Origin: Oligoflexales bacterium | GTDB taxonomy: Bacteria; Bdellovibrionota_B; Oligoflexia; Oligoflexales; JAPPIL01 | DNA: 64,000 nt | Direction of reading: 5' to 3' | Assembly (NCBI GenBank): GCA_965215515.1 | Contig: OZ244057.1 | Coordinates: forward strand, 1,056,001 to 1,120,000 | Shown: piece after piece, positions 21,483-30,956 of the stretch | Layout of the letters: each line of letters starts with the position of its first letter | Position numbering within the stretch: position 1 is the stretch's first letter | Notes under the pieces: model-generated | Databases searched by the model: none | Seen by the model: the letters and a program-made list of their open reading frames with translations, nothing else | What the model was told of the DNA's origin: nothing | Position numbers and translations under genes: made by a program

Positions 21483-22505
21483 GTGGTGGTCGGGAAAAAA
21501 CTGGTGTCCGATGTAAGCACGAGAACACGACGATCGCGAGCCCCGCGCCTGCGTGTAGGCCCCCGAGAAGGTGGGCTGCACCTCAAAGACTCGGTGTTGT
21601 CGCTCGATGTTTACGGCACAGCCAAACTTTCGTTCGTCTCCTCTGCCAAAACAACCTTGAAAACTCTGGACGCACACCGCGTTATCGCGACCGAAGAAAC
21701 CATCCACATCATCGAGGCACTGCGGAAAAAAAAACCTAACGCCCTGACCTGCCAATACCATCGCCCCTTCTCGATCGGCGACTTACGACTCGAACTGCTA
21801 CCCTCTGGCTCGCTGGTAGGCAGCGCCATGTTGCGCGTGGAAACCCAAGGCAGGACTCTCCTCTACGCTCCCGCCCTACAGACTGCCCCCGTGCCCCACG
21901 TGCGTCCGCTGCACCTGAAACGGGCACACATCTTGCTCCTCGGCACTCACCACGCCAACCCGCACCACACCCTCCCTGACCGCACGCAGGAACGGAAACG
22001 ACTGGCTGCGGCTCTCACCGACAGCACACGACGAGTTAAGATTTTCTGCACCAGTATCGGCACCGCACAAGAAGTTACCGAACTGGCCACCACCCAGCAA
22101 CTGACAGTAGCCGTGCACCCCACCGTCGCCGCGGTCAACCGCATCTACCAAAACTTCGCCATCGGACTGGGCAAATACCGCGTCTTCAACAGAAAAAGAG
22201 ACAACTGGCAAGTCGCCATCCTACCCTGCTCACTGGCGAACTGCCCACGCACCCGCCGTATCGATGCACTGACCTTCTACCTCCACGACACCTACCCACC
22301 GCCCCCCATCATCGCACCACCAGACAACTATTTTTACCTCAGCCGCACGTGCAGCGGCGTAGAACTACGACAAGTTATCGCCAGGGTGCGCCCGCGAGAA
22401 ATCTTCACCTTCGGCGACCACGCCAAAGCCTACTGCGCCGCACTGCGCCCCTTCTGTGCGCATGTCAGGCCGTTGTACGCAGGCAACCAACCGACGCTGT
22501 TCTGA
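21483..22505 (+). CDS. MBL/beta-CASP-like fold protein (ligase-associated exonuclease / RNA-processing family), apparently lacking metal ligands
   Basis: Scaffold LELLPSGSLVGSAMLRVE...LLY and IGTAQEV resembles the family, but HxHxDH and AGH are absent. Confidence 0.6.
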   Translation: MVVGKKLVSDVSTRTRRSRAPRLRVGPREGGLHLKDSVLSLDVYGTAKLSFVSSAKTTLKTLDAHRVIATEETIHIIEALRKKKPNALTCQYHRPFSIGDLRLELLPSGSLVGSAMLRVETQGRTLLYAPALQTAPVPHVRPLHLKRAHILLLGTHHANPHHTLPDRTQERKRLAAALTDSTRRVKIFCTSIGTAQEVTELATTQQLTVAVHPTVAAVNRIYQNFAIGLGKYRVFNRKRDNWQVAILPCSLANCPRTRRIDALTFYLHDTYPPPPIIAPPDNYFYLSRTCSGVELRQVIARVRPREIFTFGDHAKAYCAALRPFCAHVRPLYAGNQPTLF

Positions 22506-22510
22506 ACAAG

Positions 22511-23698
22511 TCAGCTCAGCGATAACAGCGGATGTTCGAGATACGCGACTAGGGTGGCAAGGAATTGCGCCCCGACCGCACCGTCGATAAGACGATGGTC
22601 ACACGACAGAGTGAGGGCAACACGCTGCTGCACGCCGAGCTGACCATCGTGAAGCACCCGCGGCACAGCTCGTGCTACCCCTACCGCCAAAATGGCCGCT
22701 TGCGGAGGGTTGATGATGGCACAAAATTCCTCGATACCATACATGCCGAGATTGGAAATGGTAAACGTGCCCCCACGGTACGCATCGGGAGACAGACGAC
22801 CGCACTTCGCCTGTGCTACCAACGTTTTGCTCGCCGCACCCAAGGCGGTCAGACTCAACCGCTCACTGTGTGCAATCACAGGCGTGACCAAACCCTCAGG
22901 CAAGGCGACCGCGAGCGCAAGATTGACCGTGTGATGCTGGATAATTTCCCGCCCCTCAGCCCACGCAGTGTTGACTTGCGGGTGTTGTTGCAACGCTTTG
23001 ACCGTCATGAAAGCAACGATGTCGTTGAAGCTCAACTTCTGTTCAGGGGTTAAGGTAGCATTCAACTGCTGCCGTCCCTGTAACACAGGCGTAACATCGG
23101 CCGAAGTCTTAAGATAGTAGTGCGGAATATCGTGCTTAGCCTGTTGCAAGCGTTTCGCAATCGCCTTGCGCATCTGCGAAAGAGGCACACGTGTCGCAAC
23201 CTGCGAGGATGGTGCAGCAGACACACCCGCCGTGTCGAGATCACGAGCGACGATACGCCCCCGCGGGCCTGAACCACGCACCTGCTGCAGCGCTATGCCC
23301 CGCGCCGCAGCCAATCGCCGCGCCAACGGCGAGGCCATGATGCGCTCTCCCGCCTGCACCCGCTCCTGTACTGGGAGCGCTTCAGGAGTAGCTGGCGGTG
23401 ACGGTGTCTCCTGCTCCGTGCCAGTGTCTCCGAGCAGTGCCGCATCGACCTGTTCACCCTGCTCACCGAGCACCGCAATGGGCTCGCCGAGAGCAGCACT
23501 CTGTCCCGCCGCGAGGAGAATACGCAGCAGGTGGCCACTTTCAGGTGACTGGTACTCCATCGTCGCCTTATCGGTTTCAATTTCAACCAGTGCCTCACCC
23601 TCCTCGACAGCTTCGCCTTCTTGTTTGAGCCAGTTAGCGATTCCGCCTTCCTCCATCGTGTCGCTGAGACGAGGCATTTTGATGATAATACCACCCAT
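22511..23698 (-). CDS. pdhC: Pyruvate dehydrogenase E2, dihydrolipoamide acetyltransferase
   Basis: Lipoyl domain ETDKATME, E3-binding ASPLARRLA, catalytic DHRLIDG. Confidence 0.96.
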   Translation of the reverse strand: MGGIIIKMPRLSDTMEEGGIANWLKQEGEAVEEGEALVEIETDKATMEYQSPESGHLLRILLAAGQSAALGEPIAVLGEQGEQVDAALLGDTGTEQETPSPPATPEALPVQERVQAGERIMASPLARRLAAARGIALQQVRGSGPRGRIVARDLDTAGVSAAPSSQVATRVPLSQMRKAIAKRLQQAKHDIPHYYLKTSADVTPVLQGRQQLNATLTPEQKLSFNDIVAFMTVKALQQHPQVNTAWAEGREIIQHHTVNLALAVALPEGLVTPVIAHSERLSLTALGAASKTLVAQAKCGRLSPDAYRGGTFTISNLGMYGIEEFCAIINPPQAAILAVGVARAVPRVLHDGQLGVQQRVALTLSCDHRLIDGAVGAQFLATLVAYLEHPLLSLS

Positions 23699-24666
23699 CA
23701 GGCTGTGACCTCCCGCACAGCACGCACTATCTTAGCCAGCGACGGCAAAGCCGCGGCCTCGAGGTGCTCTGCGTAAGGAATGGGGACAAACTCACCGCTG
23801 ACTCGTGTCACAGGAGCATCGAGAGCGTCGAAACACTCCTCCTGCACACGTGCTGCGATCTGCGCCCCTACCGCCGCAAAACCAGGAGCTTCTTCAACGA
23901 CGACAAGCCGATGCGTCTTGCGCACCGAAGCAAAGATGAGCTGCTCGTCCAACGGTTGCAGCGTCATGGGATCGATGATCTCCACATCGATGCCTGACAA
24001 TTTCTCCCCCGCTTGCAAACACAAGGGTAGCATTTTACCCCACGCCACAAGCGTTACATCCCGCCCTTGCCGTTTGACCTCGCCTTTCCCGATAGGAATG
24101 AGGTACTCGGTGTCGGGAACTTCGCCCTTATGGCCATACATGCTCTCGCTTTCAAGAAAAATAACCGCGTCGTCGTTGCGAATAGCCGACTTGAGCAATC
24201 CTTTGGCATCGTAGGGAGTTGCGATAGCGACGACGATCAGGCCAGGCACATGGGTCAGAAACGGTTCAACGTACTGCGAGTGTGTTGCACCCAACATGTG
24301 GGCAATACCGTTCGGCCCGCGCAAGACGAGGGGAAAACTAAACTGTCCCCCCGACATATAGCGCACCTTAGCCGCGCTGTGCAGAATCTGATCGAAGGCT
24401 TGAATCCCGAAATTCCACGTCATCATCTCGATAATCGGCCGCAAACCAGCCATCGCCGCACCGATACCTAGTCCCGTGAAACCCACCTCCGAGATGGGAG
24501 CATCGATGACACGCTGTACTCCAAATTCAGCCAGCATGCCTTTCGACACCTTGTACGCACCGTCGTATTCGGCTACTTCTTCCCCCAACAGAAACACATC
24601 GGGATCGCGCCGCATCTCCTCGCACATCGCTTGCCGCAGAGCTTCTCGTATCGTCACCACCGCCAT
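23698..24666 (-). CDS. pdhB: Pyruvate dehydrogenase E1 beta
   Basis: GEEVAEYDGAYKVSKG, DAPISE, HSQ, DAKGLLKSAIR. Confidence 0.96.
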   Translation of the reverse strand: MAVVTIREALRQAMCEEMRRDPDVFLLGEEVAEYDGAYKVSKGMLAEFGVQRVIDAPISEVGFTGLGIGAAMAGLRPIIEMMTWNFGIQAFDQILHSAAKVRYMSGGQFSFPLVLRGPNGIAHMLGATHSQYVEPFLTHVPGLIVVAIATPYDAKGLLKSAIRNDDAVIFLESESMYGHKGEVPDTEYLIPIGKGEVKRQGRDVTLVAWGKMLPLCLQAGEKLSGIDVEIIDPMTLQPLDEQLIFASVRKTHRLVVVEEAPGFAAVGAQIAARVQEECFDALDAPVTRVSGEFVPIPYAEHLEAAALPSLAKIVRAVREVTA

Positions 24667-24667
24667 C

Positions 24668-25672
24668 TCAACGTCCCAACTTGCTGGTGTAAATGTCCGT
24701 ATAAATTTCTGCAACGGGCAGGGTTGCCGCGGCATCCGCGCTTTTTTCGATGTCTTGTATCTGTCGCTTAATTTCTGCAGCGATACTCTGTTGTTCCTGT
24801 TCGCGCATAATGCCCGTGCTACGCAACTGCTGACCGAGTTTAGCGATCGGGTCATTTTGTTGGTAGTGCACCAATTCTTCCTTGCTGCGGTAAGTGCCAG
24901 GGTCAGACACCGAATGCCCGCGATAGCGGTAGGTCAGAGCTTCGAGCAGGAACGGTTTTTTCTGTTCCCGCACCCGTGCGGCGATCGTCCGTGTTAGCAG
25001 GTAAGTACTGATGACATCCATGCCGTCCACCTGTGCGGCGGGCATGGCAAAACCTGCGGCTCGCTCGTAGAGGTTGTCGAGGGCGGTGGTGCGTTTGATG
25101 TCCGTCCCCATTCCGTAGCGGTTGTTCTCGACGACGAGCAGCAACGGTAAACGCCAGATCACCGCCATATTCATCGTCTCCATGACTTGACCTTGGTTCA
25201 GTGCCGCATCGCCGAGGTAGCAAACGACGATATCGTCTTCGTTGCGGTAGTTGATTTTGAAGGCGATGCCTGCTGCTAGCGGAACTTGTCCGCCTACGAT
25301 ACCATGCCCGCCGAAAAAACGCCGTGCCGCGCTGAACATGTGCATCGAGCCGCCTTTGCCGCGGCAACAGCCAGTTGCCTTGCCGAACATTTCCGCCATC
25401 ACGGACAGTGGCGGTATACCTTTGGCGATAGCTTGTGTGTGCGAACGATAACCAGAGATAACGTAATCCGTTTCCCGCAACACGGCTTGCACCCCGACAC
25501 AGACGGCTTCTTGCCCGATATGCAGATGGCAGAAGCCTGAAAACTTGCCCTGCGTGTAGGCGACCTGTACCCGTTCTTCAAAACGGCGGTAGAACAGCAT
25601 AGCGCGGTAAAACGCCACCGCTAACTCGCGGTTATCGGTGAGGAACTGTGCGTGTGAATTTGCCGTAGTCAC
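24668..25672 (-). CDS. pdhA: Pyruvate dehydrogenase E1 alpha
   Basis: GFCHLHIGQEA, GKGGSMH, TPP motif GDAA...NN, YRYRGHSVSDP. Confidence 0.96.
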   Translation of the reverse strand: MTTANSHAQFLTDNRELAVAFYRAMLFYRRFEERVQVAYTQGKFSGFCHLHIGQEAVCVGVQAVLRETDYVISGYRSHTQAIAKGIPPLSVMAEMFGKATGCCRGKGGSMHMFSAARRFFGGHGIVGGQVPLAAGIAFKINYRNEDDIVVCYLGDAALNQGQVMETMNMAVIWRLPLLLVVENNRYGMGTDIKRTTALDNLYERAAGFAMPAAQVDGMDVISTYLLTRTIAARVREQKKPFLLEALTYRYRGHSVSDPGTYRSKEELVHYQQNDPIAKLGQQLRSTGIMREQEQQSIAAEIKRQIQDIEKSADAAATLPVAEIYTDIYTSKLGR

Positions 25673-25718
25673 CCTTCAGCCGTGCTTAAGCGGTTCACCG
25701 TGAGAACTGGGCGTTGCC

Positions 25719-26960
25719 TCAACCGCGCCAGGTTGAAAATACCAGAGCAGCATTTACCCCTCCAAATCCGAAAGAATTCGACAACGCATGCTCCACCCTA
25801 CGTTCCTCGGCGCGTGCAGGGATGTAGTTAAGAGGGCAATGTTCGTCTGGGTTATCGAGGTTGATAGTCGGCGGCATGACACCGTCGCGAATAGCCAGCA
25901 CGGTAAAGACCGCCTCGATTCCGCCTGCGGCACCGAGGCAGTGTCCCGTCACGCTTTTGGTCGAGGAGATGCGTAATGCCTTGGCATGCTCGCCGAACAG
26001 AGCCGCGATTGCTTCGCTTTCGTAACGATCGTTGAGTGGAGTCGATGTGCCGTGGGCGTTGATGTAGGTAACTTGTGCGGGGTTGAGGTGTGCTTCTTGC
26101 AGGGCGAGCTGCATGCAGTCGTGCATGCCTTCGCCGTGCGGGCGGGGGGCGGTGATGTGCCAAGCGTCGCCGCTGTTGCCATAACCGCATATCTCCACGA
26201 TAACCCTTGCTCCCCGCGCTTGGGCGTGTTCCAGTGCTTCCAACACCAGCACACCCGCACCCTCGCCCGTCACGAAACCGTCACGATCGCGATCGAAGGG
26301 ACGAGATGCCGCGGTCGGGTCGTCGTTGCGGGTAGATAGTGCTTTCATGTTGGCGAAGGAGGCGATCCCGAGAGGACTGATAGCTGCCTCCGCACCTCCG
26401 CAGATCATAACATCGCTGTAGCCGTACTTGATGGCACGAAAAGCCTCGCCGATACCGTGATTGCCACTGGCGCAGGCGGCGGTAGGGGCGAGGTTAACTC
26501 CTTGCAGGTTGTAGTACTTGGCGACAACCCCTGTCGCCATATTGGGTACGGTGTAGGGGATGAAGAAGGGGGAAACGCGCTTCTGCCCGTGTGTATCGAG
26601 GTTGATGGTGTTTTTCTCAATTTCGTCCAGCGCTCCTAATCCGACTCCTATGGCACAGCCAGAGCGTTTGGGAGTGGAGAACAAGCCACTGCCTGCCATC
26701 GTCACCGCTTCGTGGGCGGCGATCATCGCCAGCTTGATGTAGCGACTGACACGGCGCGCCTCCTTGGCATCTACCACTCCCTCGAGATGCGGGTTGGGGT
26801 CGCCGACCTCGCCTGCGATGCGCACGTTGAGGTGCGAGGCATCGAACAACGAAATGGTCGCGATGCCTGAACTACCAGCCAAGGCATTGCGCCACGCTTC
26901 CTCAACACCAGTTCCGACAGGGGCAACTATACCTACCCCCGTGACCACTACCCGTCGCAA
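25719..26960 (-). CDS. fabF: 3-oxoacyl-ACP synthase II
   Basis: RRVVVTG start, TAACASG, HGTST, GHCLGAAG, NSFGFGG. Confidence 0.96.
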   Translation of the reverse strand: MRRVVVTGVGIVAPVGTGVEEAWRNALAGSSGIATISLFDASHLNVRIAGEVGDPNPHLEGVVDAKEARRVSRYIKLAMIAAHEAVTMAGSGLFSTPKRSGCAIGVGLGALDEIEKNTINLDTHGQKRVSPFFIPYTVPNMATGVVAKYYNLQGVNLAPTAACASGNHGIGEAFRAIKYGYSDVMICGGAEAAISPLGIASFANMKALSTRNDDPTAASRPFDRDRDGFVTGEGAGVLVLEALEHAQARGARVIVEICGYGNSGDAWHITAPRPHGEGMHDCMQLALQEAHLNPAQVTYINAHGTSTPLNDRYESEAIAALFGEHAKALRISSTKSVTGHCLGAAGGIEAVFTVLAIRDGVMPPTINLDNPDEHCPLNYIPARAEERRVEHALSNSFGFGGVNAALVFSTWRG

Positions 26961-27080
26961 CCCTTCCCTCCGCGCCTTTCCCGAGCAGGCGGTACTCCTA
27001 CACCAACGGCGACAATTTTGCCACCGTTTTGTTACGCACACCCCTGCCTTAGTCCGTAGGAGGTGCGATGGTAGGTGCCC

Positions 27081-27875
27081 CTACCCGTGCGGAAGCGCGG
27101 GAGTCGAGCGCTCCCTATCCCCGTCCTGCCCCGACTCGGCTTGTACGCCACCCTTCTCTTCCACCAGCGAGATCAACAACCGCTTGATCGCTTCGTAATT
27201 CTCCTGCGAAGCTTCTTGATCCTGTAAGCGGTGACTGTACTCCGCCCCTGACAACTCGTTGAGCATGATCTGATAATAATGGCGTTCCTTGCGCTGCAAG
27301 ATCCCACTGCTCGTGACCAGCATAGCCACCGTGCCCAGCACCAATAAACCTTTCTTGATTTTGCCATGTGCGGGGATCTGCGGTAAGATATCGTGACTCT
27401 TGAGCTTCTCCACCACCTTCATGATAAGCTTGGAATGCCTGCCCGACAGACCGAAGAACGAGAACACCGCCCCCGTGTTCAAACCATCGCTCAACCCATC
27501 CAACACCCTCGCAATCCCCTGCTCCTTGCGTAGCCGTGCGGCTACCCCTTTCTTGCTCGCCCGCAACTGCTCACGACTCAACTCGGCAGCAACCAACTCC
27601 TGACAACCACGCGGCGGCTCGTCTTTCGCACCCGTAACCGTACGCTCCCTGTACACCTCCCGCACCGTGACAAACCTGTCGTAAGAAGCACACTCCAACA
27701 ACACAAAACGATGCGCACGTGCCACACCCGCCTCCGCCCCGCGTCCGACCAAACCCATAACCGCCGCGGTGTTCTCATTGATCAACCAACGCACACCCGC
27801 CGTCGGCTCCCCCGCACATGCACACACTAGCGCCAGCAACAACACTCTACACACCACCATCGCCCTCTCCCTCAT
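27081..27875 (-). CDS. Hypothetical lipoprotein with two hydrophobic segments
   Basis: Lipobox-like VCACAG and FVLLEC...GC Cys pair. Confidence 0.65.
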   Translation of the reverse strand: MRERAMVVCRVLLLALVCACAGEPTAGVRWLINENTAAVMGLVGRGAEAGVARAHRFVLLECASYDRFVTVREVYRERTVTGAKDEPPRGCQELVAAELSREQLRASKKGVAARLRKEQGIARVLDGLSDGLNTGAVFSFFGLSGRHSKLIMKVVEKLKSHDILPQIPAHGKIKKGLLVLGTVAMLVTSSGILQRKERHYYQIMLNELSGAEYSHRLQDQEASQENYEAIKRLLISLVEEKGGVQAESGQDGDRERSTPALPHG

Positions 27876-28194
27876 CGCTAAGGTTACCGAAGATCACCGC
27901 TTGCAGTTCTGGTATTTTTACTTTACGGTCATGCACAAAGTGTGCTTAAAATGTGCTGCGGCAAGCGGACTGCTGACTTAACTGCCCGCAACTGCAATGA
28001 TATTTTTTTTGGCCACTTGGCCATAGGTGTCTACAGATTAGACACATGGCGTATTTTTTTACAGACTTAGATACTCTAACATGCGGGTCTTTTTTTGCGC
28101 CTTTTGTGTTGTTTTTTAATTCTGTTTTATGTGACAACGAAGTTAGTTTTTAATTTTTTAACTGTCAAAAATTTCTACACTCAGAAGGGATGCG

Positions 28195-29217
28195 ATGGAG
28201 TTTCGCGAGTATCACAACGACAGTCTGTTGCGTGCCGCTGAGGGGCGGCACACCCCGCGCCTTCCCGTATGGTTGATGCGGCAGGCAGGACGTTACGACC
28301 CTCGCTATCTGCGTCTGAAAAAAGAGAGCGGTATGACGCTGTACCAGCTGTTCCGCCATCCGCGTTTGGCCGCGGAAATTTCGCTGCTGCCGCGTGCTCT
28401 GGGGGTCGATGCTATTATTTTTTTCCAAGATATCCTGACCCTGCTCTCACCGATGGGAGCGGATTTTATCTTCGACCACGGGCCGCGTCTCCCCCGTCCT
28501 CTGCCCGACTACCTTGCTCTCAAGCCCTGCGATGTCGCGACTGAGCTCGGTTTCGTCGGCGACACTCTCGATCTGCTCGCTAAAGAACTAGCGGGCGAGC
28601 TGCCTGTGCTCGGTTTTGCAGGTGCACCTTTGACCTTAGCGGCTTTCCTGCTCGAGGGTGGTAGCCCGCGTCACGGTGCCCCTCACCTCATGCAGGCCAT
28701 CCGTGACGAACCGCAGCGCATACGTGCCTTGCTGCAAAAACTCACCTCAGCCACCTGCGATTACCTCAACTATCAGATTGAGCACGGTGTCGCGGGGGTA
28801 CAGCTGTTCGAATCGATCGCTCACCTGCTGTCTCCCCAAATCTACGAAGACTTCGCTTTGCCCTGTCATCAAGAAATTTTCGCTGCGCTCGACCCTAGTG
28901 CTATCAGCATTATGTTTGCCAGAGATTTTCACGACCTGCACCTTGTCCGCCGTTCTGGGGCGAAGGTGCTCAGTTTACCTCACGGCACGAGCATCGCGGC
29001 CGCCCGCCGCACGTTGGGCAGCGAAACCATCGTCCAGGGCAACGTCAGCAACCATCTACTTCTCGCAGGCAAGCCTCCGGAGGTAAAAAAAGCGGTGCAA
29101 GACTGCATCACCGCGGGGGGAAAACGCGGGCATATTCTCAACCTCAGTCATGGGGTGTTGCCAGGCACGCCATATGATAACGTCCGCTGTTTTGTGCAGA
29201 CGGCGCGGGAGTGTTGA
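28195..29217 (+). CDS. hemE: Uroporphyrinogen decarboxylase
   Basis: PVWLMRQAGRY, DAIIFF.DIL, GFAGAP.TLA, HILNLSHGV. Confidence 0.96.
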   Translation: MEFREYHNDSLLRAAEGRHTPRLPVWLMRQAGRYDPRYLRLKKESGMTLYQLFRHPRLAAEISLLPRALGVDAIIFFQDILTLLSPMGADFIFDHGPRLPRPLPDYLALKPCDVATELGFVGDTLDLLAKELAGELPVLGFAGAPLTLAAFLLEGGSPRHGAPHLMQAIRDEPQRIRALLQKLTSATCDYLNYQIEHGVAGVQLFESIAHLLSPQIYEDFALPCHQEIFAALDPSAISIMFARDFHDLHLVRRSGAKVLSLPHGTSIAAARRTLGSETIVQGNVSNHLLLAGKPPEVKKAVQDCITAGGKRGHILNLSHGVLPGTPYDNVRCFVQTAREC

Positions 29218-29956
29218 CAATCTCTTGCACCACCGTGGCAGCAAACTCGGCGTTGCCGACGCACTCTACCCGCCATCGCATGCCTGAGTGGTGCGGAAAT
29301 TGCCAGACGGTGCGTGTCCCCTGCAACAGGGTGGCGGGAATTGCCAATGCTGCCAATCCGCCGCGCAGACCTGTGCCACGTGCTTTGCCCAGAGCCTCCT
29401 TGATCGTCCAGAGTTTGGCGAACAGGCGTACCCTGTCATCACTGCCTGACCGCGCCAAGGCGGCGCGTTCGGGTGCGGTGAACACCGTCTGCGAGACCGA
29501 CAGGCGGGCGAGGTAACGCGACACCTCGTCGTGCGCCTCCACATCGACACCCAGCTGCCCTGCGGGGGCGACGGCGAGGAGACCGTGTCTGCCACTGTGA
29601 CTGAGGTTGAAGCTGAACGGCGCGGGCACTGCGTCTATGCGAGCATGTGGTTTGCCGTGCTGCGCGGTACGGAAAGCAAGTCGTTCGTTCTGGCAGGCGA
29701 GCTGTGCGCAGAGCACGTAGCGCAATGCGGCACGGCACAAGGCAAAACGCCGCCGTGCCCCCAGATGCAGGTAGGTACGCCAACGTTCCCGCTCCTCGGC
29801 ATCGAGCCAAGCCAAGGCGGCCAACTCACTTTGCCCCTGGGGACGCAAATCGATATGCAAAACCGTCGCCGTGCCAACGGTGCAGAGGTAACGCAACTGC
29901 ACGGGGCATGGACGCGTCGGTTGCCGTACGGGGAAGGGGAGATGAGGAGGAGGCAT
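29144..29956 (-). CDS. Sfp-type 4'-phosphopantetheinyl transferase
   Basis: HGKP, FNLSHSG, LGVDVE and LWTIKEALGKARGTGL. Start uncertain. Confidence 0.9.
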   Translation of the reverse strand: MPPPHLPFPVRQPTRPCPVQLRYLCTVGTATVLHIDLRPQGQSELAALAWLDAEERERWRTYLHLGARRRFALCRAALRYVLCAQLACQNERLAFRTAQHGKPHARIDAVPAPFSFNLSHSGRHGLLAVAPAGQLGVDVEAHDEVSRYLARLSVSQTVFTAPERAALARSGSDDRVRLFAKLWTIKEALGKARGTGLRGGLAALAIPATLLQGTRTVWQFPHHSGMRWRVECVGNAEFAATVVQEIVNTPAPSAQNSGRYHMACLATPHD

Positions 29957-30098
29957 GCAGCACTCGTGCGGTAATTCCCAGCCACTACGCGGGCAGTCAG
30001 TAAAGCACGCCATCAAGCACACGGCAAGAGGCTTGCAAAATAGTTATTTGTGAGGTAAGGCGGTGGCTGTTCACCTGAGCTCCTGTGGTTTACATCCC

Positions 30099-30956
30099 AT
30101 GTTTGACGTGCTTGTCAATACCGTAAAACTTCTCGCTGTCTCCACTGTCATGGTGGCAGCGTTGCTGTTGGTCAACATCGCCTTACTGCTCAACGGTTTG
30201 ACGTTGTTGTTCTCCCGTCATCTCTTTCAGCAATTGGGTGCGAGTATCCCGCAGGTGTGGTGTTGTTTTTGTCTGTTCTGTCTCAAAAAATATCTCAACT
30301 TTAGTTTTACCTGTGACACCCCTGATCTCAGTCGCATTGCGCGGGCTCTGGTGGCTGGCAATCACCAGAGCATGCTCGACATCGCGGTGCTCTATTGTCT
30401 GGCTGACAAATTCGGAAAGGGGCGGCATCCTCGCTGGCTGGGCAAAAATGCTCTCAAGTACACTCCCTTGCTCGGTTGGGGAGCGCTTTTGTCGGGGACG
30501 ATGATCTTTCTGCGTCGCGATTGGGCACGTGATCGGGAGGGACTGCAGGCCAGCTTGTGCACGTTGGTCAAGGCACAGCATCCTTTTTGGCTGTGTATTT
30601 TCCCCGAAGGAACCCGCCTTACGCCAGCCAAGCGGGAAGCCTCACAGCACTATGCCCGTAGCAAGAACTACCCTGTCTTGCACAAGGTGCTCCTCCCTCG
30701 TCCGAAGGGGTTCACCGCCGCGGTGCAGGGTTTGCGTGCCGACATCGACGCGGTGCTCGATGTCAGTATCTGCTATTCGCAGCGGCCACCTTTCATCGCC
30801 TCTGTCGTGCGCGGCGAGCGGATCGCGATAGTTGTGCACGCAAGAATTTTACCGCCGACATCGTTACCGCGTGACGCGGTGGGTCTCAAGCGACATCTGT
30901 TTGACATTTATCGCCACAAAGATAAGTACCTGCGGGCGCAGGAGAAGAGTGCATGA
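30099..30956 (+). CDS. Lysophospholipid/1-acylglycerol-3-phosphate acyltransferase (PlsC superfamily, YihG/LCLAT-like)
   Basis: NHQSMLD, FLRR.W..D, FPEGTR and VLLPRPKGF. Confidence 0.9.
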   Translation: MFDVLVNTVKLLAVSTVMVAALLLVNIALLLNGLTLLFSRHLFQQLGASIPQVWCCFCLFCLKKYLNFSFTCDTPDLSRIARALVAGNHQSMLDIAVLYCLADKFGKGRHPRWLGKNALKYTPLLGWGALLSGTMIFLRRDWARDREGLQASLCTLVKAQHPFWLCIFPEGTRLTPAKREASQHYARSKNYPVLHKVLLPRPKGFTAAVQGLRADIDAVLDVSICYSQRPPFIASVVRGERIAIVVHARILPPTSLPRDAVGLKRHLFDIYRHKDKYLRAQEKSA

